64,000 nt of DNA from NCBI GenBank assembly GCA_003314535.1, contig POSG01000012.1:5825-69824 (forward strand), written 5' to 3'. A program made the position numbers and the translations under genes. Numbering within the stretch: position 1 is the stretch's first letter; each line of letters begins with the position of its first letter. The DNA comes from Geobacter sp. (GTDB lineage Bacteria > Desulfobacterota > Desulfuromonadia > Geobacterales > Geobacteraceae). Below are positions 1 through 8,877 of the stretch, one piece after another. The notes under the pieces are model-generated. The model had not been told where the DNA came from, ran no database searches, and worked only from the letters and a program-made list of their open reading frames with translations.

Positions 1-705
1 CTGGTCCGCTGGCTCGACAAGAACGTGCGCCAACCCGACGTGCGCCAGGAGGTCCTGCTCGAATTCCTGCGCCGGACGGTGGCCGATCTTCGGGAGAGGT
101 TCCGTCTCGATATAGCGGCGCTGGTGCGCAGCCGCTTCATCCTCGCCAAGGTGCTGGTGGAAAAGATAAAGGGCTTTCGGCTGGAGGCCTGCAGCCGGGG
201 TTATCAGGAAACCCTCTTCGGCCCTCGGGCCGCAGTGGAAACGACCTTCGACTACTCCTTCAGCTACGACCCGAACGTCTACCCCGCCGGCTGGTACTAC
301 CAGGGGCGCTTCGACCTTTCGAAGAAGCACTTCTACCCCGTAATCGGAGAAATGAAGAACAACGGTGAGGAGTTCGAGTGCGCCTGCGCCATCGCCGCGC
401 TGAAGGAAGTCAACAAATGGGTCCGCAACCTCGCCAACCAGCCAAAGGCCTCTTTCTGGCTCCCGACGGCAACCGACCGCTTCTATCCCGATTTCGTGGC
501 CGAGCTGCAAGACGGGAGGATACTTGTCGTCGAGTACAAGGGAGAAGCCTACAAGACCAACGACGATTCAAAGGAGAAGCGGCAGATAGGCATGCTCTGG
601 GAGGAGAAGAGCGGCGGCAAGGGGCTCTTCCTCATGACGGAAAAACGGGACGCACAGGGGCGTGACGTGCATCGGCAGCTGGCGGAGAAGGTGAGGTTTA
701 GGTGA
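1..705 (+). CDS. C-terminal fragment of a helicase/restriction-type protein with a PD-(D/E)xK-like nuclease tail (type III Res-like); the N-terminus lies outside the window
   Basis: Frame 1 is open from nt 1, and the track start at 25 is an internal GTG. The tail ...FYPDFVAELQDGRILVVEYKGEAYK... resembles the D...E-x-K nuclease core fused to the C-termini of DEAD-box/Res helicases. Confidence 0.5.
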   Translation: MVRWLDKNVRQPDVRQEVLLEFLRRTVADLRERFRLDIAALVRSRFILAKVLVEKIKGFRLEACSRGYQETLFGPRAAVETTFDYSFSYDPNVYPAGWYYQGRFDLSKKHFYPVIGEMKNNGEEFECACAIAALKEVNKWVRNLANQPKASFWLPTATDRFYPDFVAELQDGRILVVEYKGEAYKTNDDSKEKRQIGMLWEEKSGGKGLFLMTEKRDAQGRDVHRQLAEKVRFR

Positions 706-739
706 GATTAAACGAGTGGTTAGCTAAGGAGGGACAGTA

Positions 740-1858
740 ATGCCCCCTGTGTATTATCATGATGGAAAGTTTCCGCCCGAAATCATTGACTGGGGTTCAC
801 TGATTCCGTTGATCGGGCCGGCTGCCGCAGCGGTGGCGCGTTATGACGGCACTCTGTCCGCCATTCCCAATGCGGCTATCCTGCTCAGTCCCCTGACAAC
901 TCAGGAAGCGGTTCTTTCATCCCGCATCGAGGGGACTCAGGCAACCATAGGCGAGGTACTGGAGTTCGAAGCGGAAGGCGAACGAGGCGGTATTCCGGCT
1001 GAACGGCGGGCTGATATCCAGGAAGTCATCAATTACAGAAGAGCCATGCGCCAGGCAGAACAGATGCTTCATGAATTGCCCCTCTGCCAACGGGTCATCT
1101 GTGAAGCGCACCGTGTTTTGATGAACGGTGTAAGGGGTCACGGTAAGTCGCCCGGCGCATATCGCCGCATCCCCAACTGGATTGGCCCCCCTGGTTGTTC
1201 TATTGAAGAGGCCACGTTTGTGCCGATTTCAACCGATAAGCTGGATGGTGCGATGAGCGTCTGGGAGCGTTACGCCCACAGTGAGGCTCCAGACCGACTG
1301 GTGCAGCTTGCTATTCTCCACGCCGAATTTGAGGCCCTGCACCCGTTTCTGGACGGTAACGGCCGTCTGGGTCGGATGGTGGTGCCGCTTTTCATGTGGC
1401 AGGCGGGGTTGATTCATGCTCCGATGTTCTACATCAGTGCTTATTTCGAGCACAATCGCGACCAATATTATGATCGCCTGCTTGCGGTCTCACGCGATGG
1501 TGACTGGACGGGATGGTGCCGTTTTTTCCTGGAATCGGTGCGGAGCCAGGCTGAGGAAAACCAGAAAAAGGCCAGGACTATTCTCACCCTCTATGAGGAA
1601 ATGAAACTCCGCGTTGCGGAGATGACTCGCTCCCAGTATGCGATTCTTGCTCTGGACTGGATCTTCGGGCGGCCAATTTTCAAGACTTCCGACTTCGTCG
1701 CTTCAGCCGGGATACCGGCTCCTACTGCCAAGCGGATTCTGTCAGTTTTGCGAACGGAAGATATCCTCAAGGTCATTGTCGAATCAAGCGGCCGCCGCGC
1801 TGCCGTGGTTACATTCCCTCGTCTTTTGAACATTGCAGAGGGTTACGAAGCATTTTGA
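740..1858 (+). CDS. fic: Fic family protein (AMPylase-type, class II with an N-terminal inhibitory helix)
   Basis: Carries the canonical Fic motif HPFLDGNGRLGR. An [ST]xxxE[GN] inhibitory motif, SSRIEG, lies upstream at nt 917-934. AAGGAGG sits 8-9 nt before the ATG at 740. Confidence 0.9.
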   Translation: MPPVYYHDGKFPPEIIDWGSLIPLIGPAAAAVARYDGTLSAIPNAAILLSPLTTQEAVLSSRIEGTQATIGEVLEFEAEGERGGIPAERRADIQEVINYRRAMRQAEQMLHELPLCQRVICEAHRVLMNGVRGHGKSPGAYRRIPNWIGPPGCSIEEATFVPISTDKLDGAMSVWERYAHSEAPDRLVQLAILHAEFEALHPFLDGNGRLGRMVVPLFMWQAGLIHAPMFYISAYFEHNRDQYYDRLLAVSRDGDWTGWCRFFLESVRSQAEENQKKARTILTLYEEMKLRVAEMTRSQYAILALDWIFGRPIFKTSDFVASAGIPAPTAKRILSVLRTEDILKVIVESSGRRAAVVTFPRLLNIAEGYEAF

Positions 1859-2018
1859 GGCTCACCGATGCGCAACAAACTATTTTATGGCTCAATAAAT
1901 CAATAAAGTGAGCCACAAAAGGATTTGTGATTCATCCATGAGCGAGAAACTGAAAAAACCGGACCTGAAAGGGGTACCCGTACGGTCAGGTTAGACTTTC
2001 AGACACCCGTTCACAGAT

Positions 2019-3272
2019 TCAATCCAATTCCCGCCACCCGGGAACAACCTTGGCGAACTCCTCCTGAAAAGCCGGCCGGCGAAGGTTGTCGTGCTTTACC
2101 TTGCCGGCAAACGTCTTCCATCGACTCTCGTCCTTCAGGACGTCAACCAACATGTGCCGGACCTTGAGCATCACCTTGGCCCGCTCGGCATACCCCTTTC
2201 GAGTGGCATTGCTTTTCAGGTTGCCGAGCCCGGTTAGGTAGTAGGTGAGTATCTGCTCCGGGAAGCGGGTCTCCAGCTGCTTGGCTGTCCGCAGTTCATC
2301 AGCAGATTCCCACGCATAACTTGGATATTTCTCTTTGAGCAGCACCGATACCGCCTGTTCATACTCCTTTCGGTGCATAAGGATCTTCAGTTGTTCCGAT
2401 GCCCAGGCGTGGTCCAACTGCGCCAGGATTTTGGGCTCATGGGTCTTCCACTCGTCGGCGGTACATATCTTTCTGAAGGCCTTGTACTTGGCCAGCGTCA
2501 GATGGTCGGTCGTCTGCTCGAACTGGAGGGCCAGGTACCGCTCCCGGTCGCCACCTTCTCGGGCGCGGTCCGCCAGGAACTTGCGCAGTTCATCCATTCG
2601 CCCCTGACCTTTCCTCATCCCCTCCGCGGCCACGGTAAGAGCATCCTTGCGGTTTCCCTCGTTCCATAAAAACATGGCCAGCTCATGGTAATCGCAGCCG
2701 TACACCAGCTTCTTGCGGCGCAGCTCCAGATATTTTTCACGGTCGCCGAGCTTCCGATAGATCCTGCGGGCATGATCCGTCGGCCAGTCCCGATTCATCG
2801 CCTCCAGCGCCTGGGCCAGGCGGCGCCAGTCCTCGTTGATGTAGCAGGTGGCATAGGCGAGATCGTAGAGGGGATCATCCAGTCCAGCATTGCAGCTCTT
2901 GATGAACGGCAGCACTTCATCCAGGAGTTGCCGGCGGACCTTTTCTTCGATCTGCTTGCCGGCAAGTTTCCGCTGGATATCGTGCATCAGTCCCGCGACA
3001 TGATCCTCGGTAGCGTAGTCACCGCCGCCGTAGCTGTCCAACTCCTCCAGGTCGGGGTACAACTCCCACCAGAGGGCCATGACGATCTCCCCCTCCGACT
3101 TGGTCTTCTGGCCGGCGGTGAGCGAAACATGCTTCTTCAGAAAGTCGAAGCATTCGCGCCGCACATCGGGACGATCTTCCGCAAGCTCGGCAATGAGCCT
3201 GATTAGCGTTTCCGACTTGGCCGCAGTCAGCAGGTCGGTCAGGGGGGCAGCAGTTTTCTTCTTCCTGGCCAC
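2019..3272 (-). CDS. Hypothetical all-helical repeat protein (417 aa), second gene of a two-gene operon
   Basis: Long ORF with a GTG start at 3272, 9 nt after the upstream stop. A GAGGTG Shine-Dalgarno overlaps that stop. No catalytic motif recognised. The C-terminal region resembles the helical tails seen in SWIM-associated proteins, but the resemblance is weak. Confidence 0.6.
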   Translation of the reverse strand: MARKKKTAAPLTDLLTAAKSETLIRLIAELAEDRPDVRRECFDFLKKHVSLTAGQKTKSEGEIVMALWWELYPDLEELDSYGGGDYATEDHVAGLMHDIQRKLAGKQIEEKVRRQLLDEVLPFIKSCNAGLDDPLYDLAYATCYINEDWRRLAQALEAMNRDWPTDHARRIYRKLGDREKYLELRRKKLVYGCDYHELAMFLWNEGNRKDALTVAAEGMRKGQGRMDELRKFLADRAREGGDRERYLALQFEQTTDHLTLAKYKAFRKICTADEWKTHEPKILAQLDHAWASEQLKILMHRKEYEQAVSVLLKEKYPSYAWESADELRTAKQLETRFPEQILTYYLTGLGNLKSNATRKGYAERAKVMLKVRHMLVDVLKDESRWKTFAGKVKHDNLRRPAFQEEFAKVVPGWRELD

Positions 3273-3281
3273 TTCGGCACC

Positions 3282-4289
3282 TCACAGATGAAACTGGACG
3301 ATATGGTCCAGTAGCGGGAGTTTCCTCAGCCGATACTCCTTCATGAACCTTTTGTCGGGATCGAGATCGATCTCCGCCAAGCCGAGGAATTCGGCAAAAC
3401 GTTCCAGAGAGCGGAGCGCAAAACAACGTCCAGCCGAATCTTCCGGGGTCCCGATGGGTGAGGGGTCAATTTCCGTCAGGACCATGGGGAACGCCCGCAG
3501 GAAACAGTCGGGGTAAAACGAGGAGGGCCGCCACTCGGGGCCGTATTTGTGCAGCAGATAGAGGGTGAAGGGAAAGGATTGCTGAATGATCCGGAAATCG
3601 GGATACCGGTCCTGATATCCCCAGTTGTACTCCCCTGCAAAGGCGCGGAATAACCGCGGGTAAACACCGGACGGACCATGTTCCGCCAAAAGCTTCCGAC
3701 ACTCCCTGCCGAGAATGAACTTCCCCTTGTACTTCCTGACCAGACCGGCGATTTCGGCGACCACCCTGGTGACGTGGAGTTTAGAAAAGTCCGTCTCTTT
3801 GTTGATGCCGAAGTGCCTGGTTTTTTCCCGGTAGCCCTCTTCGCCAAGAAAGGCCAGGGCCGCGTCCCGGCAGAACTGGCGGGGGAGGTTGCCGGTTGCG
3901 GTCGCCTTCAGTCCCCCATCGCCGGCCGCTTCCGCCAGGAGCATGAAGAGTTTCATGATCGGGGCATCCGGAGCGACATCGAGGCAGTCAGGGAAGGCGA
4001 GAAGCTGGGGCGATTCGAACGGGAAATAGAGAAAACGGGTCATCTGCTCCGGTGAGAGGCCGTGAAAGTCATCCACGGCCGCTCGGTTGCGCTCCTGCAT
4101 ATGGCCGCTGATAAAGGCATTGGCCTCTTCGATGGATTCGAAGCTCCGCTCCTTGATGAGCTCCCGCAGCTCTTCCATGACCTCTCCGGTGTCGACCGGC
4201 ATCGGACGTGGTTCCTGTTTTCCGTAACAGCACTTCTTGTATTTCAGTCCGCTGCCGCAGGGGCAGGGATCATTTCGACCGATTTTCAT
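3282..4289 (-). CDS. SEC-C motif domain protein of unknown function
   Basis: N-terminal [15 protein letters not shown] is the SEC-C metal-binding motif. The ATG at 4289 has a GGAG 5 nt upstream. The ORF is open up to 4337, so the start is uncertain. Confidence 0.7.
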   Translation of the reverse strand: MKIGRNDPCPCGSGLKYKKCCYGKQEPRPMPVDTGEVMEELRELIKERSFESIEEANAFISGHMQERNRAAVDDFHGLSPEQMTRFLYFPFESPQLLAFPDCLDVAPDAPIMKLFMLLAEAAGDGGLKATATGNLPRQFCRDAALAFLGEEGYREKTRHFGINKETDFSKLHVTRVVAEIAGLVRKYKGKFILGRECRKLLAEHGPSGVYPRLFRAFAGEYNWGYQDRYPDFRIIQQSFPFTLYLLHKYGPEWRPSSFYPDCFLRAFPMVLTEIDPSPIGTPEDSAGRCFALRSLERFAEFLGLAEIDLDPDKRFMKEYRLRKLPLLDHIVQFHL

Positions 4290-4572
4290 ATCCGCTCCGG
4301 TGGGCATTGAATCACGGGGTCGACAACTCTCACCCATTCCTTTGAACCACCTGCAAGGCTCAAACCAGTGCTTATTTGAAACGGTTGAAACATATCAAAT
4401 TTCTTGTGATTTTTCCAGTTCATGACAGGACAAGTCCACAAATAATCCGAGGACAGCACCGCCACAGTCTCAATTCCATCCCTGGCGTGGTTTTAACCCG
4501 CCTCTACCGCGACCGGTTCGAGATAACGAATTTAACAAGTTGGGCATGGACGGAGCTCTTTGGGACCTGAAG

Positions 4573-4598
4573 CAATCAATTGATACAATCAATTGATC
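4573..4598. promoter_or_regulatory. Tandem duplicated 13-mer (CAATCAATTGATA / CAATCAATTGATC), each holding the perfect 10-bp palindrome ATCAATTGAT; operator-like
   Basis: Read directly from the sequence. Lies in the 670-nt gap upstream of the SEC-C operon. Confidence 0.4.
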
Positions 4599-4955
4599 AA
4601 ATCATGATGCAAAGAGGCCTGTTAGCATCATTGTTTGCTTCAGCGTAGCAAAGGCGCTACTATGGTTGCAATCTCCGGGACGACCCGTTAAGGTTGCCCA
4701 TTAACTTGGCACATGATTTCGATAAGTTATATGTCCATACGGATAGTAGCCGGTTGCAATAAGTTGCAATCCCGAGTGACGCAGTTGCAAAGGACTGGGT
4801 GCCATTACCCACTTTACCTCCCTCCGATCCGAATGGCCTGGATGAATGGTGGGGGCCTTTTTCGGGGCCTTTAATAAAACACTATCGGTTATCACTATTA
4901 AATATCAGTTAGTTATATGAGCGGTTGGAACTCGTCCCTGGCACCACGTAAAACC

Positions 4956-4992
4956 AAGGCCTTCCGTCTCCGACCGGAAGGCCTTTTGTTTT
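4956..4992. terminator. Bidirectional intrinsic terminator hairpin (AAGGCCTTCCG / CGGAAGGCCTT)
   Basis: An 11-bp GC-rich stem is followed by TTTTGTTTTT on the + strand. It sits 17 nt beyond the stop of the minus-strand ndh gene. Confidence 0.7.
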
Positions 4993-5008
4993 TCCATCTT
5001 CCGCACCC

Positions 5009-6289
5009 CTATGCCGAAGCTGGCCCCTCAGGTCCGGCGGCCCGGGGAACGCAGGGCTCGTCCGCCGTGATGACGCGAACCTGCTGGGCACGGAAGAAAT
5101 AGTAGTACCCCCAGTTGAGAAGAACCACGAGCCGGTTGCGAAATCCGACCAGATACATTAGATGGAGGGCCAGCCAGGCAATCCAGGCAGGGAACCCCGA
5201 AAGCCTGATGCCGAAGGCATTCGCAACTGCGGTGCTGCGTCCGATGGTGGCCATGGATCCCTTGTCCCGGTAGCGGAAGGGTGCGACCTCACGGCCCCGT
5301 TCCCGTCTGACAATGGTCCTGGCCGCATATTCTCCCTGTTGCATCGCCACGGGAGCGACCATTGGCAAAGGCCTTCCGTCCTGTTCCACCAGTGCCATGT
5401 CGCCGACGACAAACACGTGGTCGTCACCTGCCACGGTCAGGTCGGGGCCTACCGGGATACGGCCATTCGCGGCCCGGGGCAGTCCGAGAACGGCTGCCAG
5501 CGGGCAGGCCTGAACCCCTGCCGACCAGACGATGGTATGAGTGGGAATGTTGTCACCGCCGGCCAGAACGACCTTGTCCGCTTCCGCCCCATGCACCTGG
5601 GTGTCCAGTAGAACTTCGATCCCCATCCCGCGAAGCCGCTGCGCCGTATAGTGCTGAAGCGTCGCGGGAAGCGCCGGCAGCAGTGCTCCCTTGGCTTCCA
5701 GCAGCAGGATCCTGGTCTCCCCCATATCCAGCTCGGGGTAATCCCGTGAGAACTCATGGCGGATGAGCTCCTGCAGGGCGCCGGCGTACTCCACTCCCGT
5801 GGGGCCTCCGCCGACAATCACGAAGGTAAGCAGAGCACGCCTTTTGACGGGGTCATCCTCTCCGGATGCCCGTTCGAATGTTTCCACGATATGGTTTCGC
5901 AGGCGGACGGCATGGTCCAGACCCTTCAGCTGGAAGGCATGCCGTTCCATGCTTTTCATGCCGAAGAAGTTCGTTGCCCCTCCAGCCGCAAGGATCAGGT
6001 AATCGTAGCGGAGCTCGCCATCGGCGAGAAGCAGTCGCTTCCCCGCGAAGTCCACGCCGGTCACCGTGGCCATGCGGAAGCGGACTCTTTTCCAGTCCCG
6101 CACAATGCCCCTCGCCGGGTATGCTATGGACTCCGCTTCGAGGGAGGACGATGCGACCTGGTAGAGAAGGGGCTGGAACAAGTGATAGTTCCTCCGGTCG
6201 ACGACGACCACCTCCATTCCCTTGCCCGCCAGGGCACGCGCCGCCCTCAGTCCGCCAAAACCCATCCCGACGATGACAGTACGCTTCAT
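5009..6289 (-). CDS. ndh: Type II NADH dehydrogenase (NDH-2), FAD-dependent pyridine nucleotide-disulfide oxidoreductase
   Basis: N-terminal VIVGMGFGGLRAARAL Rossmann motif, then YHLFQPLLYQVA and a second GGGPTGVE dinucleotide motif. The ATG at 6289 has GGAG 9 nt upstream. Confidence 0.85.
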   Translation of the reverse strand: MKRTVIVGMGFGGLRAARALAGKGMEVVVVDRRNYHLFQPLLYQVASSSLEAESIAYPARGIVRDWKRVRFRMATVTGVDFAGKRLLLADGELRYDYLILAAGGATNFFGMKSMERHAFQLKGLDHAVRLRNHIVETFERASGEDDPVKRRALLTFVIVGGGPTGVEYAGALQELIRHEFSRDYPELDMGETRILLLEAKGALLPALPATLQHYTAQRLRGMGIEVLLDTQVHGAEADKVVLAGGDNIPTHTIVWSAGVQACPLAAVLGLPRAANGRIPVGPDLTVAGDDHVFVVGDMALVEQDGRPLPMVAPVAMQQGEYAARTIVRRERGREVAPFRYRDKGSMATIGRSTAVANAFGIRLSGFPAWIAWLALHLMYLVGFRNRLVVLLNWGYYYFFRAQQVRVITADEPCVPRAAGPEGPASA

Positions 6290-6527
6290 GTCCGGTTCTC
6301 CGTAATAGATAAGGTGAATCATCCTGTTCCGCTGGCTTATCGGATGATCACTCGATGAGAAGGTTTTTGCTGCTTTCAGCCGCTCGCTGAATGGTCAGCA
6401 AGTTGCCATGTGTTGGCATGGCTCTTTCCTGATACTGTACACATTTCGCAATGAATTCTTGTCGCCCCGATTATTTGGCACATTATTCCATCTGGTACAA
6501 TTTGTCAACAAGAGAAGCCGCCTTACC

Positions 6528-8339
6528 TTACTCTACGGCTCGCCTCATTATCTCTGTATATCGCTCATGATAAGCCTGCACAGGTTGATAGCATTTATGG
6601 AATTTGGAATATTCGCCTCCGGTCAGCAAATCCAGGACCAATTCGGGGATATAGTAGTGCTTGAAATTGTTCAGCTCTACCGGACGCCAGGCATTCAATG
6701 CAGCTATTGCAGGATAATGGCTCAGGTCATCGCCCCCCCTCCCGAGATAGCCCAGAATACTGTAGGCTTTATATCCGACCGTTTTCAGGCCCACCGGTTC
6801 CAGGTTCGGCAGATGATCGCCAACGATAACAACAATCGCTTGCGGATCAACAGCCTTTAGTTTTTCCAGGAACAAGGCGACTGCTTCGCTCCTGTAATAT
6901 AATTGGTTGGCGAGCATTTCGATCAGCTTTTTGTCAAAACCGGCCGGAACCTCGACATTTATCACTTTTGGCCGTTTAACGTAATCAATTTTGAACGGAT
7001 AATGCCCATAAACACCCAGAATATAGTTGAATAACGGCACTTGCGGCGAGTTGTGCATGTATTGTTCGATAAAATCGAGATTTCTCGTCAACAAGTCGCC
7101 GTCAAAAATAAAGTTTTGCTCTTTTTTCGGGATTTCAATGTCGATGTAACTATTCTGGCCACCGGAATAAGCTTTCGGAAAGTATATGTTTTGAAACCCC
7201 AGCCCCCGATAGGCAAGGTCTTCATTGAAAAACTCCGGCTTAAAGGAATTCGTTGCGTAAGTTCTGTAACCGGCGCGTTGCAAAAGATCAGGGAGCGAGT
7301 AGGTATGGCCCCCGTTGAACAGGTTGAATTCCAGATCGCCGTAATCGGCAAAAGCAGGAACGCCCGTGAGAACCTCAAACTCCGCCTGTGCCGTATGCCC
7401 CCCGAAAACGGGTGAACGGGAAACCCCCAACCTGCCTCCGAAGAGCTTCATGAACCGCGGATGCATTGCAGGTCTTGAAAGCTTGACACCAGACAACCTG
7501 GACAGATCGAAAAAACCTTCCAGAACGATTATATGTACATTCCTTTTTCTTACCGCATCATCAAGGACATTCCGCAGGAAAATCGAATCGTCGAATACGC
7601 GGCCACTCCCTTTAGAAGACTTCAATTTTTGCAATGTCCCGCTTCTTTGCGCCTCCCAATACAGAAGCATCGACATCCGGCCATGGTCTGCGATGCTCTT
7701 CATGTCTGACCAGGTGCAAGCCTGGCCGGAGAATTCAGCAAAGAGGTCGAGGTATGCAGATGGCCATACTTCTACGGCAGAAAAAACTAAACCTCCTGCA
7801 ACAAGACCTGATAAAAGTCTTCGCATGTTTTTAAAATCTATCGTCAAGAGAATCCATAATGGCAGAATGCCCAAAACCGTAATCAACATCAGAAATGTAT
7901 TAAGGTTTGCAACTTGGATCAGCTCGGAAACCTGCCTTACGGCAATTATTTTAAAAGCGGAACCAAAGTATTTGAAATACAGCGCTGATACTCCATATAC
8001 TGTTATTATTGGTACTGCAGCAGTAAAATATTTAGCCCTGCTTCCACGGGAAATATAAAAAAACACGTAGTACATATAAAGAACAATAGCTCCTTCGAAT
8101 ACTGAGGAACCTATCGTATTATTATTATTCAGACTAAAATGACGGAAAACCGTTTCGCATAAAACATATGATGCGAGAACCAGGGCGTGAGGCCATGATT
8201 TTAGAAAAATCGCGTCAAAGCACAACCTGATGTTTCCGGTCGCCGGGATTCCAATATTCACTGCAGACTCCTGAATCCGTGAGTGATGTGAAGCCCAATG
8301 GCTTTTTGCGTCGACCTGTTGGCTTGGATCGTCTCGCAC
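6528..8339 (-). CDS. LtaS/phosphoglycerol- or phosphoethanolamine-transferase-like membrane protein (alkaline phosphatase/sulfatase superfamily)
   Basis: Hydrophobic multi-TM N-terminus. LtaS-type motifs are present: VLEGFF (metal Glu), GGHTAQAEFEVLTG (Thr nucleophile context) and VGDHLPNL (Asp-His metal site). The gene is visibly AT-rich compared with its neighbours. Confidence 0.7.
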   Translation of the reverse strand: MRDDPSQQVDAKSHWASHHSRIQESAVNIGIPATGNIRLCFDAIFLKSWPHALVLASYVLCETVFRHFSLNNNNTIGSSVFEGAIVLYMYYVFFYISRGSRAKYFTAAVPIITVYGVSALYFKYFGSAFKIIAVRQVSELIQVANLNTFLMLITVLGILPLWILLTIDFKNMRRLLSGLVAGGLVFSAVEVWPSAYLDLFAEFSGQACTWSDMKSIADHGRMSMLLYWEAQRSGTLQKLKSSKGSGRVFDDSIFLRNVLDDAVRKRNVHIIVLEGFFDLSRLSGVKLSRPAMHPRFMKLFGGRLGVSRSPVFGGHTAQAEFEVLTGVPAFADYGDLEFNLFNGGHTYSLPDLLQRAGYRTYATNSFKPEFFNEDLAYRGLGFQNIYFPKAYSGGQNSYIDIEIPKKEQNFIFDGDLLTRNLDFIEQYMHNSPQVPLFNYILGVYGHYPFKIDYVKRPKVINVEVPAGFDKKLIEMLANQLYYRSEAVALFLEKLKAVDPQAIVVIVGDHLPNLEPVGLKTVGYKAYSILGYLGRGGDDLSHYPAIAALNAWRPVELNNFKHYYIPELVLDLLTGGEYSKFHKCYQPVQAYHERYTEIMRRAVE

Positions 8340-8440
8340 ATCAGGAAAATGAAAGAGTTGGCACGGCTGGGAATTTCATGACAACGTTGTTTAATACAAA
8401 TATGATGATCTGACAAGACTGAATATCGGTCAAATGCTTT

Positions 8441-8485
8441 TCAAACAAAAGGCCTTCCGTCAACGACAGGAAGGCCTTTGTTTGA
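8441..8485. terminator. Bidirectional intrinsic terminator, near-identical in core to the hairpin at 4956
   Basis: TCAAACAAAAGGCCTTCC ... GGAAGGCCTTTGTTTGA forms a 17-18 bp stem with T-runs on both strands. Confidence 0.7.
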
Positions 8486-8766
8486 AACCCGGATTGATTC
8501 AGCAACTATTCTCATGCAGGATGTGTTTTACCCGCAAAAACGCCACTTGATGAAAAAACAGGGCATGATGGGATTTTATGGCAGCTTTTGAAGCACGGTC
8601 AGCATAGTCCCGCAAAGGAACCCATCATGTCCTGCGGCCATATTTATGAAAAGGAAAATGCCTCAACTGCCACCACCGCGTGAAGTCTTCTTTCTAAATG
8701 CGCTTGCGACTTGAAATCACTTCCAGCAAATCAAGAATCTCTATGCTGCCCTGCAATAGCGCAGGC

Positions 8767-8877
8767 TTAAACCGTCAATTTCGCGTTCCACAATAAAGAG
8801 TAAAACAAGGCAACAGAGGAAAAAATAATCAGGGCTTTTAATACGAGGAATAAAAACTGGACGAATGGGTTTTCCAT
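8767..8877 (-). CDS. Candidate 36-aa hydrophobic micro-protein (MENPFVQFLFLVLKALIIFSSVALFYSLLWNAKLTV)
   Basis: A perfect AGGAGG lies 9 nt upstream of the ATG at 8877. The sequence predicts a single TM helix. The terminator at 8441-8485 lies downstream on the same strand. Confidence 0.35.
   Translation of the reverse strand: MENPFVQFLFLVLKALIIFSSVALFYSLLWNAKLTV

Noticed and set aside
25-705. The track ORF start at 25 as the true start of a 226-aa protein.
   Set aside because: The frame is open from nt 1 and the sequence looks like the C-terminal domain of a much larger helicase-nuclease. The GTG at 25 is most likely internal.
4707-4722. A sigma54-like promoter, TGGCACatgatTTCGA.
   Set aside because: The -24 TGGCAC is perfect, but the -12 element reads TTCG instead of TTGC. 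The invariant GC dinucleotide is out of register, and no obvious downstream + strand gene exists.
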